NCBI GenBank assembly: GCA_002633005.1
Contig: NMRA01000430.1
Location: 275,926-339,925 of the forward strand
Origin: Phoronis australis
Lineage: Eukaryota > Animalia > Phoronida
Direction of reading: 5' to 3'
Length of the DNA stretch: 64,000 nt
This document shows positions 12,176 through 23,674 of this stretch, piece by piece. The notes below the pieces were generated by a model. That model was not told where the DNA came from, did not search any database, and saw only the letters and a list, made by a program, of their open reading frames with translations. Made by a program: the position numbers and the translations under genes. Each line of letters opens with the position of its first letter. Within the stretch, counting starts at the first letter, position 1.

Positions 12176-15100
12176 TGAGCGCGAACCTGGAAGGGGTATC
12201 CTTGCCATCCGGACTTGCCTCTCTGTAAAAAAATGTCCACACCCCTAGTAGACTACTCACAAATCACTTCTATCCGTTGTAAGTGAACATCTGCATGTTT
12301 GTTGTTCAACTTCCATGGTAAAAGTTTCTAATGAGTTATTGCGATGCGTCATTGAGTAGTGCATGGAAATGAGGGTTCTGCTGTTTGTGGTAAAGTTTCC
12401 ATTACTAACCGTGCATATAAATGGGGTGAAATAATTCATAGCTAACTAAAATAGTAATCATTTAGAAATTACCTTTGTGTTTAATATCTACTTTTTTACC
12501 AGCTCAAATATTTGCACAACTAGAAGGAATGAAATTTGAAATGGCATTATCTGTGGTATCGAAGTTTCACTTACTCAATATAACACCTATTTAGATTACT
12601 ATGTTGTTTTGATGGAAATAACGTCATAGAAAATTGACTCGAAACCCAAATTACAAACAAGTTTGGTCCCTGGTAAGTAATTGCACATGATTTGATATAA
12701 AATCATTTTGTAAACAATTTAGTTCATAAAGCAAGCGCAACTCGACAATTTTACGGGACTGCTAGCTAACTCTGTGCATGTCACCTTGGTTTTGGACTGG
12801 AAGTGAACAAAATACAAGCATGTTAATCAACGGAGTAAATATAAAAATGATAACATTAGCTTTGATGATCAAGTTTGTATTGATCATCGACGTATGTACA
12901 AACGATAAAAATACGTGCTCCGCTCCACAAGTTCGTTACCAGAGATCGAAAGAAGATCAAATTTGGCGAAATAATGTCATTTATTATGACAAAATACAAA
13001 GAATGGAAATGAAAACGAAATATAACATCCAAAACTTCATAATCTCTAATAAGATGGGCAATACAAAAGCGCCACAAGATATGTTGAACACAGCGCATGC
13101 CCACTCCATCTGGACGCACTGGAAGAGAACAGTAGGGAGCTGGCGCATAGTTCAAAGCCGTACAGTATTGTGCCAGTCGGATACCCAACCCTGACTCCAG
13201 GTGTCGAGCTTGGAGAGGGTGGTACATCATGTCCACATGCTTAAACAACTGCCACGTGTTCCCTCGTTATTGTGTCGTGGCTTTAGGTATTGGTAATTCA
13301 CTCACAGGTATACGACTGACGATTTCGCGTGACAGAATCCTGCAACTGAGTCGGTAGCAGAAAATAGCTGCTCGTAACTTTCTTTCTGGTTTCTCGTGTG
13401 CCATCTGAACCTGTACTTTGCTTTCATACGAAACTGCCAAACTCCCGGTACGTAAATATAAATACGAACTTTATTCAGCAAAGCTGGCGTCAATATTAGT
13501 TTTCTAACGCGACCTAAAACTACGCTACATTTGTTGGAGAGTTAAATGCGCGCAATGAGGAAATCAACCCTGCCCGCCAACGACGGAAATACTACTAAAA
13601 GCAGTTGGAAATATACATGTAATATCTGTCGAAATATGTTACCCAATGGATGATAACGAACGCTTTCATGGTAAAACGTTTTTTTCCAAAGAACAAATTT
13701 ATCTGATGACTAACACCAGTTCTTGGCTACAGAATCAATAGCAGTCTGATCATCAGCGCTGATACCAGCAATTTGACGGGTACTTGTGGTGATGTAATTC
13801 TATTTATTTTCACCCTGATGATTGCTTTTAGGATAAATGCGAAACGTTCGTCATGAACTTGTTTGTATCTGCGCTGAGAATTTGGGCACGAGGTCCAATC
13901 TCTAGTCGAAACTAGAGCTAAAAAAGTGACCAATTGGATGACACGCCTCGAGTAAACTTGCAAATTTGTACCCGAAGCATGCAGCGTGATTGGTTTGATT
14001 TCGAGTCTGAGTCCGCGTCGAGTCTGGCGATTAGATCCTGCATCGTAGACCCAGATTACGAGATACATGTAATTTCCTTGCCAATGTCGAAAATGTCGTT
14101 TCTGTTTTTTGGTCATAAACGGTTTTAGCATGTATAAAATAGTATTTTCGCGCTTCAGGTTAATCTCGCTTTATACCGTAAATCCTCATGAATTTCTTTA
14201 CCGGAATTTCTGGACCGGCATGAGATAGATAATTTGTGCGAAATACCTCTGAAGAAAAAAAATCACGTGTCGTCTTCTTGCTTCCTTAGATAATTTGGGT
14301 TAGTGGAAAATGAAATAGAAACACAAAGCGCTTAGTTGGGTGCCAACGAACAGCCAATAGACACAACGTGTGCATCTGGCACAGAACAGTTAGGCTGCGG
14401 CCGCTGCCAATTTGCAGTGCCAAAATATTAAAATTTAAGGGTAGGCCAGGCTTGGGGAAATTTTTAGGAAAAGCTTGCATGTAGGCTGTGAATGTGGTTT
14501 GTTTGTATTTGTGAACATGTTGTGAATGAAAAATGACCACTTGCCCGGCTGTAGTTGAAGTCTTTTTCAAGATGAGGGCCACCTATTGCAATTGTGCATT
14601 ACTGTGTAGCGACTGCGACTTTAAGTAGCCCTCAAACAAGCTACATTTGCAAAAACTAATTTGTTGACAGCTCTTTTGGACCACGTTTGTGGAATCGGTA
14701 GAAAATTTGCTTTCAGAATCTAATGTTGGCTTTGAGTCGGCGCCATCGCCACGGAAGTGGTAGTTTTAGGGTGAGAAGTGCCGATTGTGTGTTTTGCCCT
14801 TTTTTATTTTACCTAATTTTTCAGTAGGAGTGACAGTTTCAAAAATACATGAGATAATAAAGTTTCTGTGGTCATCTTCAGTGTTCGTGGTGTGAAATGA
14901 CTCAAAACTTTTTCATTCTTCACCTACAGTTTTTGACAGAATGAAGAAAGGGTAACGAGTCCATTGACGTTTGTTCTGATAGGCAAACCCCTGTGAGAAA
15001 TGTTGTGTGCCCCCCACACCTTACCAGTTGGTTGAAATCCGTGTAAGATTCCGACATATATGGATAAGACGAGCCTTTAAATGGTATTTTTTCAGGCGGC

Positions 15101-16289
15101 GTCAGACGTCCTATCTGTCGTGAGCCGTTTGGTGGAGTGTCGCCCGATATCTCGCTTGTGTTTTAGGACCGTAACCGGTACAACGAGAAATTGGATTGTA
15201 GGTCACGTGAGGTCCAAAGAAGTCTTACTATTGTAATTTTACGGTCGTAGTATTTCACTCGTATTTTTGCGTTCGTATTTTTACGCTGGTAAAGTACGAG
15301 CGTAAAACGACAAGTTCGAGTCAGTGGAAATGGAATAACCGACCCTTTTTTGCTAAAAAGGGGCGTCTATGGTACGTTATGAAGTGTTCAGAAGGTATAT
15401 GAGTGCAAAACATTGAAAATATCGAAGACTGTCTGTTTTTTACCCGGTCATGCCCTGGCCATCCCAGGCATTTGAAATTGGTCCGGTTCAGTACAAATGA
15501 ATATGGCAAATTGTATGTCTTTCAGGTTGTCTGACAAATGTTTTTATTGTATTTGTTGAAAGTACCATGCTTCGTCAATATTTAGGCTACGTTTTATTCT
15601 CTTACTCTTAGCAGTGCGTGCAGGTGTTATATATCATTGCAAAAACATAGGTTCAAAACGGTTTCCGGAGGAGTTATGCAGTAGAATTTCTAAATAGACC
15701 AGAAGGTCCGATTATAACCTGAGCCTAAGGTTCAGTATACCCAATGATTATTGTGTACATGTTGAATGGAACCAATAAGAGATAAGTGTTTCAGCTTTCA
15801 ATGATGAAATATTTAGTAACCTTAATCACAGATGATAACACAAAAATGACATAGACAAAAAGTAGACCACATAACACTTTTACATAGGTTCCCTTGAAAC
15901 AATGCGAAGAAATCAACCTCTCAGTCCGAAGCAATGGACAGAAATTCTAGCCAAACACAACATCGTACACAGCATTACACTGAATTCAAGAAGGGATAGC
16001 GTACAATGTCAACAATCTCACCCGCATCAGGCGTTCGAGTAGTTCAACATTTCATTATCATGCTGCCCGTTGATAGAGATAGTTGTAGACCGAGATTTTC
16101 GTATTTCGCAGTGTTAGATCACTAACTGTCGCGGTTTTAACTTGTTAAAACAATGACGTACCGTCCATACACAAACACACGCGTGCTCATTGAAAATTCC
16201 AAGCAGACAAAGGTTGAACAGTGCGTTGTGCGTTCCAAATCCGAATGGTCATATTGAAAGTTCAGTCTTAGCTCTATACCTAGGGTTCC

Positions 16290-17140
16290 TGTTAATGCAG
16301 GCAGTGTATATATATAGTTTCCCAATTTTCCTAGAGATGGCGTTCTCAATCACCCAGTGCCTCAGTTATATTTTTAGGGCGTTGTCTCGGAGTTAAGTCG
16401 TGATTTAAGCAACCCCCCTTTCGGTGGTATTATTTCCATTGGTTGTGTAAGTTGAGATACTGTCTGGGCCAATCAGCTTTCTATGTTTTCGCGGAGTATT
16501 TAAACGTCCGAACAAGCACCAGTTGCGTTATTCTCTACTGGATTGTCATATGTATCTTGTGTTGATTACCAGACTCTTATTGAGGCAAACGCTGTAAGTA
16601 TACATTTGGTTATCGTTCGAAGTTAGATACCGATTTTTTGTATAGCTGTGCATTTGTAGTTTGCGTTTTGTTAGCTGTATACTGGACTATTATTATGCAG
16701 ACCTAGATATGCTGTTACGTTGCAACCATTGTGCTTTTTGGTAGTCAATTATTATGTTTACGTATTTCTTGTTGTATGCATATTTCTATTTTGTGAACTA
16801 GTTTTGCTGAGTGCTACAGTTGTCTATACGAGTTGTTCTTTCTTGGAACTTTAGGGGTTTATTCCGCCATGTTTTTTCCTGACTTTGTATTTTCCTCAAG
16901 TGCGGTTTCCGTTAGACATTAATTAAACATTACGTAGAAGGTGTAACGATATCGTGGTGGTTGGTTAATGCTAATGATATAGTTTAGACTTAGTAACTTA
17001 GACTGTTTTTGTAAACGTTTCAGATAACCGATATGAAAACCGACGCAATACGATGTATCAACAATAAACGATGAACGAAATAAAGTATATCGAGTTGTAG
17101 ACGCCTCTTTCTCTATTGCATCAACGTTTGAGCAGCAATA
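16290..17140 (+). repeat. 5' LTR (3' boundary approximate)
   Basis: TG start; TATTTAAA at about 16497; AATAAA at about 17063 and 17079; only a handful of differences from the copy at 21691. Confidence 0.8.
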
Positions 17141-17155
17141 TTGTTATATCGTGCC

Positions 17156-20100
17156 ATGGAATCGACAGAGACTACCATAGCTCCAGTTATCGACGAAAAC
17201 CCAACATGGCAATTCCACAGTGAGAGTCATCCACCAGAGGGCGTTAGTAAAGAGAGTCAGCCATCAGAGGGTGACATTAACGGCGTTGACGACGACGGCG
17301 CGTCCAGTGCTGTGTCGCACTGGTCTAGTGTGAGCAGTGGTGGGTCATCGACAAAATCATCTGCGAAATGGAAATTGAAAAAAGCAAAAATTCTGGCGCG
17401 ACAAAAGGCACTTAAAGAAGAACTTGCTCTGAAACAGAAAAAGCTTCAGTTGACACAGAGACTCGAGAATGAAAAACGTCGTTTGGATCAAGAGACTGAG
17501 GAAGAACAGCTTCTGTTAGAGGTACGTGAGCAAGAGCTTAAACTAAAAACAGAACTGTCAATTGCTTAGGCTCACGAATCTTTGTGTGATGAATATGATT
17601 CCAGTAATGCCATGAAGGCTATGTTACCCATGATGTCATCGATAGTTCATACCCCTCTGAAGCCAAATGCTGTTCTACCAAAGTCACATTCTATAGCGAT
17701 TCCAAAGTGAGAGCTTTCTTCTGAATACGACGTTTTACCTCCTGTTTCCGTCTCAGGTATTGCGGTCGATGTCGTTGCCAAGAATTTTGGTGTTGAGAAG
17801 TTACATGCACACGATGTGAAAAATGCTGTGCCATTATAAGATTCGGCTGCCACCTGTTTCCCCCCTACATCTGAACCAGGTATTAAGACCAGCAAGTCAG
17901 CCATCCCAGCCAACTGTGTTGTTCCAGAAGGAAGCATACATGGAAGTCCATTAAACCCTAACGCTCATGTCTTCATGCCAGCTTCTGCAGGTGCCAACTA
18001 CGTGCTGGACGCTTATCAACGGCTTGCAAGCTCAGTGTCATTACCAACGATTGAGGTACCGAAATTCAGTGGGGACATACTTAGCTATACCGCATTCACC
18101 ATGGCCTTTGACGCACGGGTGGCGTCGAGAGTTGCAGGAAGTTCCGACCTTCTGTACTATCTGGACCAACATCTTGTAGGTGAGCCCAAGGACCTTATTG
18201 GCGGGTGCGTGTACATGCCACCAGACCAGGGTTACATTACGGCTAGGAAGCTTTTAGACACAGAATATGGTGATCAGTATAAGATTTCCAACGCCTACAT
18301 GAACAAGCTGAGACAATGGCCTGCAGTCAAAGGTGATGACGTCGTGGGTCTCCGACAACTAACTCATTTTCTTCAGAAGTGCCGCCACGCTATGTTTGGT
18401 ATTTCATCTTTAGAGGTGCTTAATCACCCTTCCAACCTACAGACTGTGATGCGCAAGTTGCCAGCATATCTGCAAAACAAGTGGAGAGACAAGGTTGCTC
18501 AACTGAAGTCTGTATCCATCGTCACAACGTTTCCGGACATGGTCGACTTCATTCATAGGGCTCAGCAAGCTGCCAGTGATCCAGTGTTTGGAAGAGAAGC
18601 AGTGGCGGAGAAACCCCCAATCAGGGCGAATTCCACGACTAATCGACGTATACAGAACTTCTCTACCGACACCAGGCAATTCCAGGAAAAGGGTGATTCT
18701 AGACCTTTGTGTTTGTTTTGTAAACAACAACATGATATTGACAAATGTAAGTTTTTTCTAGGTAAGCCCGTAAGTGAACGCAAAGCCTTTATTAAAGACA
18801 AGCATTTGTGCTATGGGTGTTTGGGAAGAAACCATACTTCTAAGGGGTGCTTGAAGAAGAGAGTATGCAGCAAGTGTTCGAGACGTCACCCCACCTGTCT
18901 GCACGACGATCAGTTTGTATCGAAAGACAGCGGTAGCGAGAGTCAGCAGACTGATGTGAAGAATTTCAGTGCAGGTGAGATCGATGGTAATGGTCATTGT
19001 TGTATGTCAACTGAAATAAACGAGGTTCTACAAGCTATTCTTCCAGTTAGAGTTCGCCACGAATCTTCCAGTGTGACTGTGGATACCTACGCGTTATATG
19101 ACCAAGGGAGTACTGCCTGCTTCGTGTCTGATCAGCTGCTGGAACAACTAAGTGCTCCTTCTATACCTACGAAGCTTCGTCTCAACACCATGCATGGAAC
19201 CTCCTATGTTGAGTCGCAGATTGTCAGTGGTCTAACTGTGATGGACTGGGAAGGTCAAAACGCTGTCCTGTTACCCAAGGCATACTCACGTCATGAAATA
19301 CCAGTAAGTCACCGCCACATCCCGAGACCTGAGATTTTACGAAAATCGGTGAGTCTAGTGAATTTGGCTAGTCGTATTCCTGAGTTTGTACCTGACCTTG
19401 ACATTGGTATGTTAATTGGCAGTGATTGTCCAAGAGCTTTGGAACCACTTGATGTCTTTCCAGCGAGCGACCAGGGACCATTTGGTGTTCGACTACGTCA
19501 TGGATGGACCGTGAACGGACCGACCAAAGCTTCAGTTGAGAGCGACGATCCAGTTTTGTGTAATCAGGTTGCAGTCAAGGACTTGGGTGTCACCAGTGAT
19601 AAAACAGGTAAACACGATTACGACAAGATTCTCCAGGTGCTTGAGCGAGATTTCAATGATTCTAAAGGACTTCATTCCGACGAATGCGGCCTGTCAATGG
19701 AGGACAAACGGTTTATGGACATAGTAGAGGAGGGAATTCACAAGAAAGATGGTCATTATGTGGTTCCACTGCCCTTCCGTGAGCGCAACCCCATCATGCC
19801 AAATAACAGGGTACAGGCCATGCAGAGAGCACTGTGGCAGCGAAAGAAGATGTTGCGATCCGACCGGTATCATCAAGACTATGTCAAGTTTATGGTTTCC
19901 CTGTTTGACAAAGGTCACGCCAAAGAAGTCCTTGATCACAAGTTATCTGCTGCGCCAGGACGTGTTTGGTATCTGCCTCATCATGGGATATACCACCCTA
20001 GAAAGCCAGAAAAGATAAGAGTAGTTTTTGACTGCAGCGCTAGATATGAAGGTGTCTCTTTGAATGATAGTCTACTGCAAGGACCGGATTTTGTCAACTC

Positions 20101-21648
20101 TCTTATCGGCGTGCTGCTAAGATTTCGTGAGGAACCTGTGGTGATCGTAGGTGACATAGAAGCAATGTTCCACCAAGTTAGGGTACCAGAAGAACAGTGC
20201 GACTTTCTGTGCTTCCTGTGGTGGCCTAATGGGGATTTAAACAGCGAGCTGAGGGAATATCAGATGACAGTGCACATCTTTGGGGCTGTTTCTTCGCCCA
20301 GTGTTTGTGATTATGTTCTGAAACGGATTCCCCAAGACAACACTGTGTCGCAAGGTGTCAACGAGACCATCCAGCACAATTTCTACGTTGACGACTGTCT
20401 GAAGTCTATAGAGAAGGAAGAGGATGCCATACAATTGGTTCAGGAGCTACGACATGCGTGCTCTTTGGGTGGATTCCGATTAACTAAGTTTCTCAGTAAC
20501 CGCGCTGCGGTTATACGTTCAGTACCTCCAGAAGATAGATCGGCTGTTGGGCAGGCAATTACTTTTGATGACAACATCCACATTGAACGAGCTTTGGGAA
20601 TCCAGTGGACATCACGTCGGACGAGTTCCAGTTTTCTGTCACCTTGACTTCCAAACCAGCAACACGCAAAGGCATTTTGTCTACAATTTCGTCTATTTTT
20701 GACCCCCTTGGATTTGTTGCTCCCCTTATCCTGCCGGCGAAGAAACTGCTACAAGACTTATGCAAGTCCACCTCTTTAGACTGGGACGACGAGGTTCCAG
20801 GTGAGTACAGCATTCTCTGGCAAAAATGGCTCTATGATATATCTGCACTCCAGAATGTGACCGTTAGACGTTGTTTGAAGCCTGTGTTGTTTGGTAAAGT
20901 CTCATCATGTCAGCTTCATCTCTTCTCTGATGCCAACACCGTTGCTTATGCGTCGGCCGCTTATTTGCGTCTGTGCAACACCGAGGGCCAGATTCACTGC
21001 ACGTTCCTCATGGGCAAGGCAAGGGTTGCACCTCAGAAAAGGACTGTGACTGTTCCCCGACTGAAGCTTATGGTGGCCACTGTCTCCATTCGTCTTAGTC
21101 GCATTGTGCTAAGAGAGCTACAGGTACCTGATACTGTTACATACCACACAGATTCCACAGCTGTATTGAATTTTATACGTAATGAGACCAAACGATTTCC
21201 TATCTTTATAGCAAACCGGGTGCAACAGATTCGTGACTTCTCGGAGCCTGACCAGTGGAGGTACGTCGACACCACTTGCAATGCAGCCGACGATGGTTCA
21301 AGAGGTGTTACTACTCAGAGTTTCTTCAACCAGAGGCGATGGCTAGACGGTCCAGAGTTTCTGTGGAAAGCCGAGAGCGATTGGCCAGTTAAATCAACTG
21401 TTTTGCATGATTTGTCTCATGATTCTGATTTTACAGCTACTGTCGGAGCAGTCTCCGCTGATGGTGAAGATACAGGTGACTACATGGATCCGCTAAACGC
21501 CCTTATCGCCCATTATTCTAGTTGGCATCGCCTATGCAGAGCTGTTGTTTACCTTCTCCGACTGAAGTCATTCCTGCGAAAACGAGCCAGCAAAAAGAGT
21601 CTGCGAACAGCCTTGATACCAGTTGTTTCATGTAGACTTTGTAGTTAG
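17156..21648 (+). pseudogene. BEL/Pao gag-pol polyprotein, disrupted and lacking integrase
   Basis: Three Zn knuckles (CLFCKQQHDIDKC, CYGCLGRNHTSKGC, CSKCSRRHPTCLH), protease ALYDQGS, RT motifs WYLPHH/KIRVVFD/DIEAMFHQV/FYVDDCL, and Pao RNase H LHLFSDA...TDS...NAADDGSRG. In-frame stops at 17567 and 17708, a frameshift near 20608, and no integrase before the PPT. Confidence 0.92.
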
Positions 21649-21682
21649 TTCTCAGTTGGTGGAGTTAAGCATTTCTGCTTCC

Positions 21683-21690
21683 AGGGGGAG
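21683..21690 (+). other. Polypurine tract of the BEL/Pao element
   Basis: AGGGGGAG immediately 5' of the second LTR. Confidence 0.75.
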
Positions 21691-22539
21691 CGTAAATGCA
21701 GGCAGTGTATATATATAGTTTCCCAATTTTCCTAGAGATGGCGTTCTCAATCACCCAGTGCCTGTTATATTTTTAGGGCGTTGTCTCGGAGTTAAGTCGT
21801 GATTTAAGCAACCCCCCTTTCGGTGGTATTATTTCCATTGGTTGTGTAAGTTGAGATACTGTCTGGGCCAATCAGCTTTCTATGTTTTCGCGGAGTATTT
21901 AAACGTCCGAACAAGCACCAGTTGCGTTATTCTCTACTGGATTGTCATATGTATCGTGTGTTGATTACCACACTCTTATTGAGGCAAACGCTGTAAGTAT
22001 ACATTTGGTTATCGTTCGAAGTTAGATACCGATTTTTTGTATAGCTGTGCATTTGTAGTTTGCGTTTTGTTAGCTGTATACTGGACTATTATTATGCAGA
22101 CCTAGACATGCTGTTACGTTGCAACCATTGTGATTTTTGGTAGTCAATTATTATGTTTACGTATTTCTTGTTGTATGCATATTTCTATTTTGTGAACTAG
22201 TTTTGCTGAGTGCTACAGTTGTCTATACGAGTTGTTCTTTCTTGGAACTTTAGGGGTTTATTCCGCCATGTTTTTTCCTGACTTTGTATTTTCCTCAAGT
22301 GCGGTTTCCGTTAGACATTAATTAAACATTACGTAGAAGGTGTAACGATATCGTGGTGGTTGGTTAATGCTAATGATATAGTTTAGACTTAGTAACTTAG
22401 ACTGTTTTTGTAAACGTTTCAGATAACCGATATGAAAACCGACGCAATACGATGTATCAACAATAAACGATGAACGAAATAAAGTATATCGAGTTGTAGA
22501 CGCCTCTTTCTCTATTGCATCAACGTTTGAGCAGCAATA
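21691..22539 (+). repeat. Second (shared) LTR
   Basis: Near-identical to 16290-17140, with a 2-nt deletion and a few substitutions. Confidence 0.8.
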
Positions 22540-22814
22540 TTGTTATATCGTGCCATGGAATCGACAGAGACTACCATAGCTCCAGTTATCGACGAAAACC
22601 CAACATGGCAATTCCACAGTGAGAGTCATCCACCAGAGGGCGTTAGTAAAGAGAGTCAGCCATCAGAGGGTGACATTAACGGCGTTGACGACGACGGCGC
22701 GTCCAGTGCTGTGTCGCACTGGTCTAGTGTGAGCAGTGGTGGGTCATCGACAAAATCATCTGCGAAATGGAAATTGAAAAAAGCAAAAATTCTGGCGCGA
22801 CAAAAGGCACTTAA

Positions 22815-23470
22815 NNNNNNNNNNNNNNNNNNNNNNNNNNNNNNNNNNNNNNNNNNNNNNNNNNNNNNNNNNNNNNNNNNNNNNNNNNNNNNNNNNNNNN
22901 NNNNNNNNNNNNNNNNNNNNNNNNNNNNNNNNNNNNNNNNNNNNNNNNNNNNNNNNNNNNNNNNNNNNNNNNNNNNNNNNNNNNNNNNNNNNNNNNNNNN
23001 NNNNNNNNNNNNNNNNNNNNNNNNNNNNNNNNNNNNNNNNNNNNNNNNNNNNNNNNNNNNNNNNNNNNNNNNNNNNNNNNNNNNNNNNNNNNNNNNNNNN
23101 NNNNNNNNNNNNNNNNNNNNNNNNNNNNNNNNNNNNNNNNNNNNNNNNNNNNNNNNNNNNNNNNNNNNNNNNNNNNNNNNNNNNNNNNNNNNNNNNNNNN
23201 NNNNNNNNNNNNNNNNNNNNNNNNNNNNNNNNNNNNNNNNNNNNNNNNNNNNNNNNNNNNNNNNNNNNNNNNNNNNNNNNNNNNNNNNNNNNNNNNNNNN
23301 NNNNNNNNNNNNNNNNNNNNNNNNNNNNNNNNNNNNNNNNNNNNNNNNNNNNNNNNNNNNNNNNNNNNNNNNNNNNNNNNNNNNNNNNNNNNNNNNNNNN
23401 NNNNNNNNNNNNNNNNNNNNNNNNNNNNNNNNNNNNNNNNNNNNNNNNNNNNNNNNNNNNNNNNNNNNNN
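22815..23470. other. Assembly gap (656 N)
   Basis: Run of N followed by a poly-C tract. Confidence 1.
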
Positions 23471-23543
23471 TCCCCCCCCCCCCCCCCCCCCAGCTTCATC
23501 CTTGATCTGCCAGTGCAGCTATTGCACTCCCGGAGACGTAGTG

Positions 23544-23674
23544 CTATGATAGGAACAGTAGAAATATAGTTAGAACCAGACACGTGATGTCAACTGCACA
23601 TCTCGGAGCAGGCCCCTTGTCGTGGACTGAAGCGTATGGCGGTTCCGTCGCCGGACACCACGAGGTTTTCGTAT
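23544..23674 (-). CDS. Exon 15, terminal (DTKTSWCP...CLVLTIFLLFLS*)
   Basis: TTTCTAG acceptor in phase 1, TAG at 23546-23544, hydrophobic C-terminus. Confidence 0.8.

Larger units (their letters stand above)
16290..22814 (+). mobile_element. BEL/Pao LTR retrotransposon in tandem arrangement LTR-internal-LTR-internal (runs into the gap)
   Basis: An ~850-bp LTR starting TGTTAATGCAGG at 16290 is repeated at 21691, after the PPT AGGGGGAG. The gag 5' end (17141-17414) is repeated at 22540-22814. Confidence 0.92.

Noticed and set aside
12778-14582. Several 60-140 aa ORFs between the GPCR and the LTR element
   Set aside because: No recognisable motifs or coherent exon chain.
11183-21281. Short antisense or alternate-frame ORFs overlapping the GPCR and the BEL polyprotein
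   Set aside because: Shadow ORFs of the real coding frames.
22540-23583. Long ORFs of 321 and 275 aa in the ORF track
   Set aside because: Artefacts of reading through the N gap.
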